DNA of 64,000 nt from Balanoglossus misakiensis (taxonomy: Eukaryota; Animalia; Hemichordata): NCBI GenBank assembly GCA_040954595.2, contig CM082595.2, forward strand, positions 7,918,317 to 7,982,316. Direction: 5' to 3'. A program made the translations under genes and the position numbers. Below are positions 41,001 to 53,228 of the stretch, in pieces (position 1 is the first letter of the stretch; each line of letters starts with the position of its first letter). The notes below the pieces were generated by a model. That model was not told the origin of the DNA and made no database searches. It saw nothing but the letters and a program-made list of their open reading frames with translations.

Positions 41001-44000
41001 CGTTCGTTAGCAACGTTGATCAAGTCAGATTTCCTACGGCATGGCTTGGCTAAAGCCCTGGCACTCTAGACCAGAAACACGCGTACAGAGACCACGTTGA
41101 TCTACTCACATTTCCTTCGGCCTGGCACGGCTGATGCCCCAGCACTATATATAGGACACAGACTGGCGTAAGTTAACAACGGTAATCACGTCGGGTTTCC
41201 TACGGCCTGGCTCAGCTGAAGCCCCGGCACTCTAGAGCAGAAACAGGCGTACATTGACCACGTTGATCAAGTCAGATTTCCTACGGCGTGACTCGGCTGG
41301 TGCACCAGCTCTATATGACACAAACTGGCGTAAGTTATCAACGGTGATTACGTCGGATTTCCTACGGCCTGGTTTAGCTGAAGCCCCGGAACTTTAGAGC
41401 GGAAACACGCGTACATTGACCACGATGATCAAGTCAGATCTCCTACGGCCTGGCTCGACTAAAACCCCGGCACACCATGACAGACACTAGCGTTCGTTAG
41501 CAACGGTGATCAAGTCGGATTTCCTGCGGCCTGGCTCTGCAAAAGACCCGACACTCTAGTACAAAGACGTTGGCTAAGTCGGGCAAACCGAAGAGGGAAA
41601 GTCACAGCGGGTTGTTCGGTTGGGACTGCATTATTGCCTGTCAATTTATAGAGAAAGCCCGAATTTAACCAGGGCGTTTCAAACACTGATGTTAGTTGGG
41701 GGCACTGCCTGCAGTACTGCCGGGTAAGCTGACATCGGCGTACCGCATATAATGTAGGGGGGGGGGGGGACAGAACGGTTCAATACTACATTTATTAGAT
41801 ATCAGCTAATTTTGGACAATTATCTAAAATCTAAATCACTTTTTCATATTTGGATATCTGATGATGTATGAAATGTCCATAATATGTAAAAATGGTGCTG
41901 ATTCTAAAAAATGCACTCTGAATGAGCTGATTTAATACAAAATTGCGTTTTATTCATTTTTGCACTAAAAAGGTCATTTTTATGCAAAACATTCTTTAAT
42001 TTTTGAAATCGGTGACCTGATCATATATAAACAATTGTTTGTATGTTAAAAGTTTTTATGACTCTTAAAAGCAGTGACACTGGCGGCATTCAAGACGAAA
42101 ATAACCATTTTAGCCACATTTTGGTCAAAAATGGTAAATTTTTGAAAATTACGAAAAATAACTGTTTTCTACATTTTCGGTACTCTGATGGAGTATAGAA
42201 TGCCCTTCGTATGTATATATCGATACAAATTCCACAAAAGACAGTCTAATTTGGCTCACTGCATACAAAATTGCATGTTATCAAATTTTGCTTGAAAATG
42301 TCATTTTTAGAAAAACAATTAAAAAAAGCTTTAATTGTTCTTGGAATTCGGTGCCCTGATCATATATGACATGTTGATTGTATGTTAAAAGTTTCGACCA
42401 CACCAAAAATGCAGAGATATTGACGGAATTCAAGGAAAATTAGTCATTTTGGCCATATTTTGACAAAAATGGTAAATTTTTAAAAAATCATAAAAAATTA
42501 ACTCTTTTCTTTATTTTCGGAAATATTATGGAGCATGAAGTGTCGTTCTCTTGTAAAAAGTGCTGCAAATTCCAGAAAAGGCGGTATAATTTGAATCACC
42601 CAAGACAAAATTACCATTTTCGACTTTTTTTCGAAAAATTGTCTTTTTTACAAAATAAATAAGAATAAATTCTTTTCTTAGTTTCAAACGGGTAGAGATA
42701 CTTTCCACACGGGTTTTCTAACATTGAATTCTCGTTCATCAACTCAGATTTCCTACAGCATAAGTCGGCTAAAACCCTGACACTCTAGAGCAGAAACAGT
42801 TGCACACTGGTAACGTTGAACAAGTCGATTTTTTCTACGGCCTGGCTCGGCTAAATCTCCGTCACAATATGACAGACACTAGCGTACGTTAGCAACGGTG
42901 ATCAAGTCAGATTTTCTACGGCATGGCTTGGATAAAGCCCCGGCACTCTAGAGCAGAAACACGCGTACAGAGACCACGTTGATCAAGTCTGATCTCCTTC
43001 GGCTTGGCTCGACTAAAACCCCGGCACACTATGACAGACACAAGCGTTCGTTAGCAACGTTGATCAAGTCAGATTTCCTACGGCATGGCTTGGCTAAAGC
43101 CCTGGCACTCTAGACCAGAAACACGCGTACAGAGACCACGTTGATCTACTCACATTTCCTTCGGCCTGGCACGGCTGATGCCCCGGCACTATATATAGGA
43201 CACAGACTGGCGTAAGTTAACAACGGTAATCACGTCGGATTTCCTACGGCCTGGCTCAGCTGAAGCCCCGGCACTGTAGAGCAGAAACAGGCGTACATTG
43301 ACCACGTTGATCAAGTCAGATTTCCTACGGCGTGACTCGGCTGGTGCACCGGCTCTATATGACACAGACTGGCGTAAATTATCAACGGTGATTACGTCGG
43401 ATTTCCTACGGCCTGGTTTAGCTGAAGCCCCGGCACTTTAGAGCGGAAACACGCGTACATTGACCACGATGATCAAGTCAGATCTCCTACGGCCTGGCTC
43501 GACTAAAACCCCGGCACACCATGACAGACACTAGCGTTCGTTAGCAACGGTGATCAAGTCAGATTTCCTTCGGCCTGGCTCTGCAAAAGACCCGACACTC
43601 TAGTACAAAGACGTTGGCTAAGTCGGGCAAACCGAAGAGGGAAAGTCACAGCGGGTCAACACTCGACATTTGTTCGGGTACGACTGCATTATTGCCTGTC
43701 AATTTATAGAGAAAGCCCGAATTTAACCAGGGCGTTTCAAACACCGACGTTAGTTGGGGGCACGGCCTGCAGTACTGCCGGGTAAGCTGACATCGGCGTA
43801 CCGCATATAATGTAGGGGGGGGGGAACAGAACGGTTCAATACTACATTTATTATATATCAGCTAATTTTGGACAATCATCTAAAATCTAAATCATTTTTT
43901 CATATTTGGATATCTGATGATGTATGAAATGTCCATAATATGTAAAAATGGTGCTGATTCTAAAAATGCACTCTGAATGAGCTGATTTAATACAAAATTG

Positions 44001-47000
44001 CGTTTTATTCACTTTTGCACTAAAAGGGTCATTTTTAGGCAAAACATTCTTTATTTTTTTTAATTCGGTGACCTGATCATATATAAACAATTGCTTGTAT
44101 GTTAAAAGTTTTTATGACTCTTAAAAGCAGTGACACTGGCGGCATTCAAGACGAAAATAACCATTTTAGCCACATTTTGGTCAAAAATGGTAAATTTTTG
44201 AAAATTACGAAAAATAACTGTTTTTTACATTTTCTGTAATCTAATGGAGTATAGAATGCCCTTCATATGTATATATCGATACAATTTCCACAAAAGACAG
44301 TCTAATTTGGCTCACTGCAGACAAAATTGCATGTTATCAAATTTTGCTTGAAAATGTCATTTTTAGAAAAACAATTAAAAAAAGCATTATTTGTTCTTCG
44401 AATTCGGTGCCCTGATTATATATGACATGTTCATTGTATGTTAAAAGTTTCGACCACTCCAAAAATGCAGAGATATTGACGGAATTCAAGAAAAAATAGT
44501 CATTTTGGCCATATTTTGACAGAAATGGAAATTTTTTAAAAAATCATAAAAAATTAACTCTTTTCTTCATTTTCGGAAATATTATGGAGCATGAAGTGTC
44601 GTTCTTTTGTGAAAAGTGCTGCAAATTCCAGAAAAGGCGGTATAATTTGAATCACCCAAGACAAAATTACCATTTTCGACTTTTTTTCGAAAAATTGTCT
44701 TTTTTACAAAATAAATAAGAATAAATTCTTTTCTTAGTTTCAAACGGGTAGAGATACTTTCCACACGGGTTTTCTAACATTGAATTCCCGTTCATCAACT
44801 CAGATTTCCTACAGCATAAGTCGGCTAAAACCCTGACACTCTAGAGCAGAAACAGTTGCACACTGGTAACGTTGAACAAGTCGATTTTTCTACGGCCTGG
44901 CTCGGCTAAATCTCCGTCACAATATGACAGACACTAGCGTACGTTAGCAACGGTGATCAAGTCAGATTTTCTACGGCATGGCTTGGATAAAGCCCCGGCA
45001 CTCTAGAGCAGAAATACGCGTACAGAGACCACGTTGATCAAGTCTGATCTCCTACGGCTTGGCTCGACTAAAACCCCGGCACACTATGACAGACACTAGC
45101 GTTCGTTAGCAACGTTGATCAAGTCAGATTTCCTACGGCATGGCTTGGCTAAAGCCCTGGCACTCTAGACCAGAAACACGCGTACAGAGACCACGTTGAT
45201 CTACTCACATTTCCTTCGGCCTGGCACGGCTGATGCCCCGGCACTATATATAGGACACAGACTGGCGTAAGTTAACAACGGTAATCACGTCGGGTTTCCT
45301 ACGGCCTGGCTCAGCTGAAGCCCCGGCACTCTAGAGCAGAAACAGGCGTACATTGACCACGTTGATCAAGTCAGATTTCCTACGGCGTGACTCGGCTGGT
45401 GCACCGGCTCTATATGACACAGACTGGCGTAAGTTATCAACGGTGATTACGTCGGATTTCCTACGGCCTGGTTTAGCTGAAGCCCCGGCACTTTAGAGCG
45501 GTAACGCGTACATTGACCACGATGATCAAGTCAGATCTCCTACGGCCTGGCTCGACTAAAACCCCGGCACACCATGACATACACTAGCGTTCGTTAGCAA
45601 CGGTGATCAAGTCGGATTTCCTTCGGCCTGGCTCTGCAAAAGACCCGACACTCTAGTACAAAGACGTTGGCTAAGTCGGGCAAACCGAAGAGGGAAAGTC
45701 ACAGCGGGTCAACACTCGACATTTGTTCGGGTAGGACTGCATTATTGCCTGTCAATTTATAGAGAAAGCCCGAATTTAACCAGGGCGTTTCAAACACCGA
45801 CGTTAGTTGGGGGCACGGCCTGCAGTACTGCCGGGTAAGCTGACATCGGCGTACCGCATATAATGTAGGGGGGGGGGGGACAGAACGGTTCAATACTACA
45901 TTTATTATATATCAGCTAATTTTGGACAATCATCTAAAATCTAAATCATTTTTTCATATTTGGATATCTGATGATGTATGAAATGTCCATAATATGTAAA
46001 AATGGTGCTGATTCTAAAAATGCACTCTGAATGAGCTGATTTAATACAAAATTGCGTTTTATTCATTTTTTGCACTAAAAAGGTCATTTTTAGGCAAAAC
46101 ATTCTTTATTTTTTTAATTCGGTGACCTGATCATATATAAACAATTGCTTGTATGTTAAAAGTTTTTATGACTCTTAAAAGCAGTGACACTGGCGGCATT
46201 CAAGACGAAAATAACCATTTTAGCCACATTTTGGTCAAAAATGGTAAATTTTTGAAAATTACGAAAAATAACTGTTTTCTACATTTTCTGTAATCTAATG
46301 GAGTATAGAATGCCCTTCGTATGTATATATCGATACAATTTCCACAAAAGACAGTCTAATTTGGCTCACTGCAGACAAAATTGCATGTTATCAAATTTTG
46401 CTTGAAAATGTCATTTTTAGAAAAACAATTAAAAAAAGCTTTAATTGTTCTTCGAATTCGGTGCCCTGATTATATATGACATGTTGATTGTATGTTAAAA
46501 GTTTCGACCACACCAAAAATGTAGAGATATTGACGGAATTCAAGGAAAATTAGTCATTTTGGCCATATTTTGACAAAAATGGTAAATTTTTAAAAAATCA
46601 TAAAAAAATAACTCTTTTCTTCATTTTCGGAAATATTATGGAGCATGAAGTGTCGTTCTCTTGTAAAAAGTGCTGCAAATTCCAGAAAAGGCGGTATAAT
46701 TTGACTCACCCAAGACAAAATTACCATTTTCGACTTTTTTTCGAAAAATTGTCTTTTTTACAAAATAAATAAGAATAAATTCTTTTCTTAGTTTCAAACG
46801 GGTAGAGATACTTTCCACACGGGTTTTCTAACATTGAATTCCCGTTCATCAACTCAGATTTCCTACAGCATAAGTCGGCTAAAACCCTGACACTCTAGAG
46901 CAGAAACAGTTGCACACTGGTAACGTTGAACAAGTTGATTTTTCTACGGCCTGGCTCGGCTAAATCTCCGTCACAATATGACAGACACTAGCGTACGTTA

Positions 47001-47164
47001 GCAACGGTGATCAAGTCAGATTTTCTACGGCATGGCTTGGATAAAGCCCCGGCACTCTAGAGCAGAAACACGCGTACAGAGACCACGTTGATCAAGTCTG
47101 ATCTCCTACGGCTTGGCTCGACTAAAACCCCGGTACACTATGACAGACACTAGCGTTCGTTAGC
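29024..47164 (+). repeat. Macrosatellite: 9 tandem units of ~2.05 kb, each ~11 x 81-bp GC-rich subrepeats + ~200-bp unique segment with poly-G + ~950-bp AT-rich segment
   Basis: Poly-G markers at ~29943, 31997, 34056, 36112, 38166, 39717, 41756, 43814 and 45867 (spacing ~2040-2060, one of ~1550). ACGTTGATCAAGTCAG-like motifs recur at 29031, 29112, 29193 and 29274 (81 bp). Confidence 0.97.
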
Positions 47165-49043
47165 TGTATCACCCCAATATGTAATTATTAACCCAATATG
47201 TAATACTAACCCAATATGTAATAACACCTTAACCCAATATGTAACACTAACCATATATGTAATAAACGTTAACCCAATATGTAATAACACCTTAACCCAA
47301 TATGTAATAACACTGCCCTAATGTATTTTCATGCTAAGCTAAATGAAACACCAAATCAATATGAAATTATATCTGTATATGAATTAGAATCCTTACTAAA
47401 CATGTTTTAAAACTAAACTCAATGTTTTTCATTAACCCAATATGTAATAACGGTGGCTTGTATTTTTTATACGAGGGGGGGGGGGTACATTTGTCTTTCT
47501 GGGAAAAGACCATAATATTATTTCATCTATTTTCAACAGAGGTGGTGATAGAGGGGGAAACCCTATTGTTTAACATACTTCCCGCTTAACCCAACGAACT
47601 ACTTGCAAGTTTGGGTAGCATTTGATAGTCCTGGTAAAGTTAACATAGTGATAGATTAACTAACCTTTACATCCACATGAAATGAAGGTAAATTTTGTTG
47701 TTTGAACCTCTAGCTTTATGCTATATTTCGCAAAACTATTACTATCGGGTGTTAGTATACGGATCCACCCACTAGGGGACTGCAACCACCGGGCTTGGTG
47801 GGGAGGCCCCGGGGGTACGCTGGGGATTAGAAAATTTTGTAAAATAAAGGGTGCGAAACTGCAATTTTGTGGACTCAAAAGCACAAATTTTGTGGCAAAA
47901 GTACGTGAACCCCCTAAACGTTTTTTAAAAAAAAGATGACCCCCCCCCCCCCCCCGCTTTTGGACATCAAAATTAAGAAAGGTATACTTGACGCGTAAGG
48001 CGTTCAATATCAGTATCTGTTTCACTTTTGACGGGCAAGTAGTGTGCACGGATGGTAAAGTGTAACCCCCCCCCTGCCCCCATCTCTACAAGTGGGGATT
48101 GAAGTGTCCTGATGTATATGGCTTCATTAATAACTCAGATTCTCTGTCTAAAATTTGGAAATTTTCCATGTCAATTATGTGTCCTGGGTATTCTCTGTAT
48201 ATGTCTGGAAGCTTCCATCTGAGACAATATGTTGATGTCACGCATGCGTACACAACTTGATTTCACTACTTTTATAAAGACTTGAGTTTTACTTCAACTC
48301 TATTGGGTTAATATTACATATTCAAACACATTAGGGCAGTGTTATTACATATTGTGTTAAAGTGTTATTACATATTTGGTTAGTATTACATATTGGGTTA
48401 AGGTGTTATTACATATTGGGTTAGTATTACATATTGGGTTAAGGTGTTATTACATATTGGGTTAGTATTACATATTGGGTTAAAGTGTTATTACATATTG
48501 GGTTAGTGTTACATATTGGTTTAAGTGGTATTACATATTGGGTTAGTGTTACATATTGGGTTAAAGTTTATTACATACAGGGTTAAAGTTTATTACATAT
48601 TGGGTTAACTAATAAAGTTTTTTTCATGTAGAATTAACGTTATTTAATGTAGAAATAAAGTTTATTAGATATAGGGTTAACTAATAACGTATTTGTTCAT
48701 GTAGAATTAACGTTATTTCATGTAGAACTAAAGTTTATTACATATAGGGTTAACGTTTATTACATATAGGATTAACTGAAAATGTTTATTTCATGTAAAA
48801 TTCAAGTCTATAACATATAGGGTTAACGCTTATTACATATGCAGCTAGCTGATAACGTTTATTACATGTAGAATTAAAGTTTATTACATATTGGGTTAAG
48901 TTTTATTACATATTGGGTTAGTATTACATATTGGGTTAAGCGTTATTACATATTGGGTTAGTATTACATATTGGGTTAAGGCGTTATTACATATTGGGTT
49001 AGTATTACATATTGGGTTAATTATTACATATTGGGGTGATACA
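47165..49043 (-). mobile_element. Foldback-like TIR DNA transposon, right copy (inverted relative to the left copy)
   Basis: TGTATCACCCCAATATG at 47165 and CATATTGGGGTGATACA ending at 49043. ORF 47660..48049(-) mirrors 28078..28526(+). Confidence 0.9.
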
Positions 49044-49179
49044 AATGACTGACACAGTACATAACATGCCCCAAAGTTCTGTTATATATTGTCGTATTGT
49101 GTTGGGTAAAATATTAGTTGCTTTGACTGGTGTTATAATTTCAGTTCAAACTTTATAGGGAGAAAAATTTACACTAAGT

Positions 49180-49520
49180 GGGAGACTTATTTTCTGTAGC
49201 CGTAGCCGTAGAAGCTGTATTTTGACTTCTATGAAAAACTCATGATTTTGCAAATACTTTGAATAAAATTGTTATCAGTATTATGTTCAGAATTTGTATT
49301 CAAATTTACGTCTGTTTCTTTCAGATTGACCTTTGGGCAAGAGCATTATTTATCTTGTATTGAAAATGATTCAAATAGAGAAGCCATGTGTCGTTTTAGA
49401 GTTTCTGCGCATGCACTACGCATCGAATGAGATAGAAAATTATGTAATGAGCGCACACAAAGAATTTGACATTGTAATTCTACAAGCATTGAAGAGATTT
49501 TCATTTTAACAATGTACCGT
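49180..49520 (+). pseudogene. Old decayed LINE ORF2 C-terminal fragment related to the adjacent LINE, in opposite orientation
   Basis: From ~49377 it reads REAMCRFRVSAHALRIE*DR, versus RNALCRLRVSAHSLRIESDR in ORF 49652..50689. Confidence 0.65.
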
Positions 49521-49651
49521 GCATTATTATTATTATTATTATTATTTTATTCATATACAGTAGGCCACCGGCCCAAATGTATACATATGATTGATACACA
49601 CGGTATGCACGAGGGTGCCCAACAAAATTAAGCATTTGAGGTTACAAAAAC

Positions 49652-52600
49652 TTAAGTTGAATCAGCTGCTGTATTTGCTCTTTTCTTCATAGCATAGAAA
49701 ATGTATTTAGACAGATTTCGTATCACCGTGCTATTTTCAGACGTACAAAGCAAAACAAATTGTACATAGGATGGTGCAATATAGAAGTGTGTAGGCAAAT
49801 ATTTGGCCCTTAAATCATCATAAAACGGACATACAATGCAGAAGTGAAATTCGTCTTCAATGACATTCTTGTCACAAAAACAGCAAATTCTTTCAGGACG
49901 ATTCAATAAAGGTCTATCAGATTCTATTCGTAAAGAATGTGCAGATACTCTTAAGCGACATAAGGCATTGCGATATTTTTCTTGAAGTGGAACAGAAAGG
50001 TACTTTTCCCGCCCAAATGTACACTTGAGATTACAATAGGTATCCAACTTTGCATACATTGCCAGATCAGCATGCCATTCTTGAATAAAAACGTCTTGAC
50101 ATCGCTGTTTAAATAGACTGATAAAAGTATTTATGCACCCAACCCCTTGATTAATCCACACTTCCCCAAAACCTAGTGAAAATAATAATTGCTTGATTCC
50201 AGAAGCCCAACAATCTCGTCCCTTTTCTGCCTCAGAGTGTTGGAAATTATAACAATGGTAGGCAATACGGTAATGTGGCATCGTCAACAATTTAAACCAA
50301 TATTTGATAACCCTAGTTAGCGTAAATGTGCGAATAGAAAAATGACCAAGTTCGCCCTTGACTGCAAGATAAGCTGTATTGTGTTTGAGCTTTAAAATAA
50401 AACGACAGAAATCATTATGCACTTTTTCAATCTGTTCCCCTGCATGTAACCCCCAAATTTCGCTTCCATACATCATGATGGGTAGAATCTTCCCATCAAA
50501 AACTTTGAAAGCCAGACTCACATCAATACAGTCAAACTTACATAATGCCCGCTTCACATTAAACAGCGCTTTCGTAGCTTGTAACGCTAGTTGACCCTGA
50601 GCCCGACTCCACAGACCAGAACTGGAAATAAAATTCCAAGATAGCTGTATGCGGGAACAACCTCTACTCTCTGCCCATTCAAAAACCATTTCTCTGTTGA
50701 TCTAAGTCGACCCGCTTTCCTAAAGACAATAATTTTTGATTTGGAAATATTGACTTTGAGCTTCCATTTGCTAGCATATGAAGATACATTATTAAGTAAT
50801 CTCTGTAGGCCAATTTGGGTTGTACTAAATAAAGACAAGTCATCAGCGAAAAGGAGAAAAATGAGTTTCATAGTGGCAATGTGAACTCCTGCATATTCAT
50901 GTTCAACCGAACCCCCCAAGTCGTTAATGAATAACGTGAAAAGCAAAGGTGACAATATGCTGCCTTGCTGCACTCCCATTTCACACCTGAATAAATCTGT
51001 AATACCAGCTGGCGATCGAATGCACGCAGTTACATTAGCATACATCAATCGTAAAACAGAAAAAACCTTGCCCTTTAACCCTGCTTTAAATAGCTCGTAA
51101 AATAAAAGACTGTGGTTAATGCGATCAAAAGCTTTTTCAAAATCAATGAAGGCGCAATACAGTCTACCACTCAGATATAAATACCTTGTAATAATGGTTT
51201 GCAAAATAAAAATATTATCTATAGTTGAGTATTTTTTGCGAAATCCTGCTTGTTGTTCCACTAGAGGAAAATGAATATTCGACCAGGATAGCAATCTCTG
51301 ATAAATTATATCACTGAAAACCTTGTAAATGGTGGGTAACAATGTGATCCCTCAATAATTATTTACATCTTCCTTGGAGCCTTTTTTGTGAAGCGGGACA
51401 ATCAACCCTTGCACCCATTGCTTTGGAAAACATCCAGTGTTGAGAATTTTCTTAAACATCTGAAGAATCAAATGTTTAAGTTGAATGGGAGAATTAATCA
51501 ATATTTCTGGAGAGATCCCGTCAATCCCCGGGGCTTTGTTAGGTTTCAACTTGGAGAGCGAGTTATTCAATTCATCCATTGTTATATCAGCATCAAGCTC
51601 AGCTAAGTCTAACTGGATATCCTGAAAGTCGTCCTCAGAGGTCAAACCCTCTAAAAAAGAATTAACGTCATCAATAAAATCAGTATCCGATTGAGACGTA
51701 TGTGCACCTGGTTCAGAAAAAAAGTTTAGAAAAAAAGTTAAACCACTCGTCATTGCCAATATTTTCAGATGGTCCAGTACTTTTGGAACTAACTAGTGAC
51801 CAGAAATGTTTTGAGTTCGGCTGTCTACTATACATTTCAAATTTAAGCTTCTCATTATCATAAAAAGCCCTTTTCTTAGCTTTTAATAAACACTGATAAT
51901 TCCTTTTCAATTCCGTATACTTCTTCAGTGCATCTTCAGTTCTACTATTACGAAAATGATTGAGTGACCGACGTACAACCCTTTTCATATTGGTACAATC
52001 TTGATCGAACCAGCTCTTGGAAATATTAACACCAGTGCCACCACAATGTGGTGAGCAATATTTCATATCCTCCACCGAAATATGTACTGACTCAATAAGG
52101 AGTGACGCTGCTTCAGGAATATTACCATGGTCAAGTGCAGATGAAATATAATGCGAATAACGATTTCCTAGCTCCCCCTGCCAAAATAAATGAAATGTGT
52201 CTCTGTTCTCCTCTTTCCAGATGTATTTTGTGAGCTCAACAACCTGCCTATCTGTCTCTATACTCCTAGTCACTGGTTGCCCCACCTTAATATTAAATAA
52301 GACTGGGTGATGATCCGACTCAGGGCGGTCAGAAATAGCAAAGTAACTAAACATCTCAAAGTTAACCAGCCTCGTCAAGACATAATCTATTACACTACCG
52401 CCTTGATCTTTTAAACAAGTGAAGTAGCCCTGGTTTTTATCTTCAAATAACCTTCCATTAACAATCCGCAACCCAGTGTGCTTACAAAAATCCAATAGTA
52501 AATGCCCATATGAATTCACTGTTTTATCTTTTGACACCCTAGGTGGCATGTGATCATCAAAAACGTACTCCTCATTGACGGGGAGAAAACCGGTGTTGTC

Positions 52601-53192
52601 AAATGTAATGTAGTCTGGTTCAATGGACGTTCTGGCATTAAAATCCCCCAGTATAATGAATTTAAAGTCTGGAAACCTAGCGGAGAGATTTACAAGGTCA
52701 TCTTCAAGATAAACGAAATTACGCTCATCAGCATAAGAACTTGAACCTTGTGGCGAGAAATATACAACTCCAAAACAGACTTTAAGTAAATCGGTGCTGA
52801 ACTTTACCCATACATGATACAATATCCTTGGTAAAGTCACTTTCGAAAAATTTGACCCTGTTGGCCTTACCCAGATTTGAACGATAATAAATGCTGATTC
52901 CCCCAGAAAATCTCCCAAAATGTTTCAATTTACTACGACTAATGTGGCAATTGTCATACCCTCTGAGCAAAAATGTTGCATCATTTTATGTCCAAGTTTC
53001 TGTCAAGAAAATCAAATCAAACTTCATTAAATACTTCAGTAAATCAGAATTGTTCCATTTGTTTTGTATACCATTAATGTTCCACAGGATGCACGACACA
53101 TAGTTTTCAGATGCACCCGGAGTCTCACGAACCTTCGCATATTTCTGTAGTGGTGGATTTGGCAGGTTCTCAGTTTCAAGATTCATTTCCAT
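49652..53192 (-). pseudogene. LINE ORF2 (APE endonuclease + reverse transcriptase) broken by a stop and several frameshifts
   Basis: WNINGI, LTETW, ILGDFNAR, SVIDY and SDHHPV (APE). KAPGIDG, QQAGFR, FIDFEKAFD, GVQQGSILSP and LFADD (RT). C-terminal CxxC...EDEFHF...CP. Split over six ORF-track pieces. Confidence 0.95.
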
Positions 53193-53228
53193 CCGTGGTT
53201 GTAGTACACGTGGGCTTCGGCCAACACC

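Noticed and set aside
29696-46818. Recurrent short ORFs (MESISTR..., MNRSVPPPP..., MFIYDQ..., MSKYGQ...)
   Set aside because: They recur only because the DNA is tandemly repeated. They open and close with homopolymer length changes and have no domain motifs.
29024-47164. CRISPR-like array suggested by the regularly spaced ACGTTGATCAAGTCAG motif
   Set aside because: The intervening sequences are homologous to each other (whole 81-bp monomers) rather than unique spacers. There are no cas genes and the context is eukaryotic.
25131-49043. Simple inversion by ectopic recombination between two inverted elements
   Set aside because: That predicts reverse-complemented, exchanged flanks (inner GTCATT). 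The observed flanks are direct AATGAC outside and direct GTTAGC inside.
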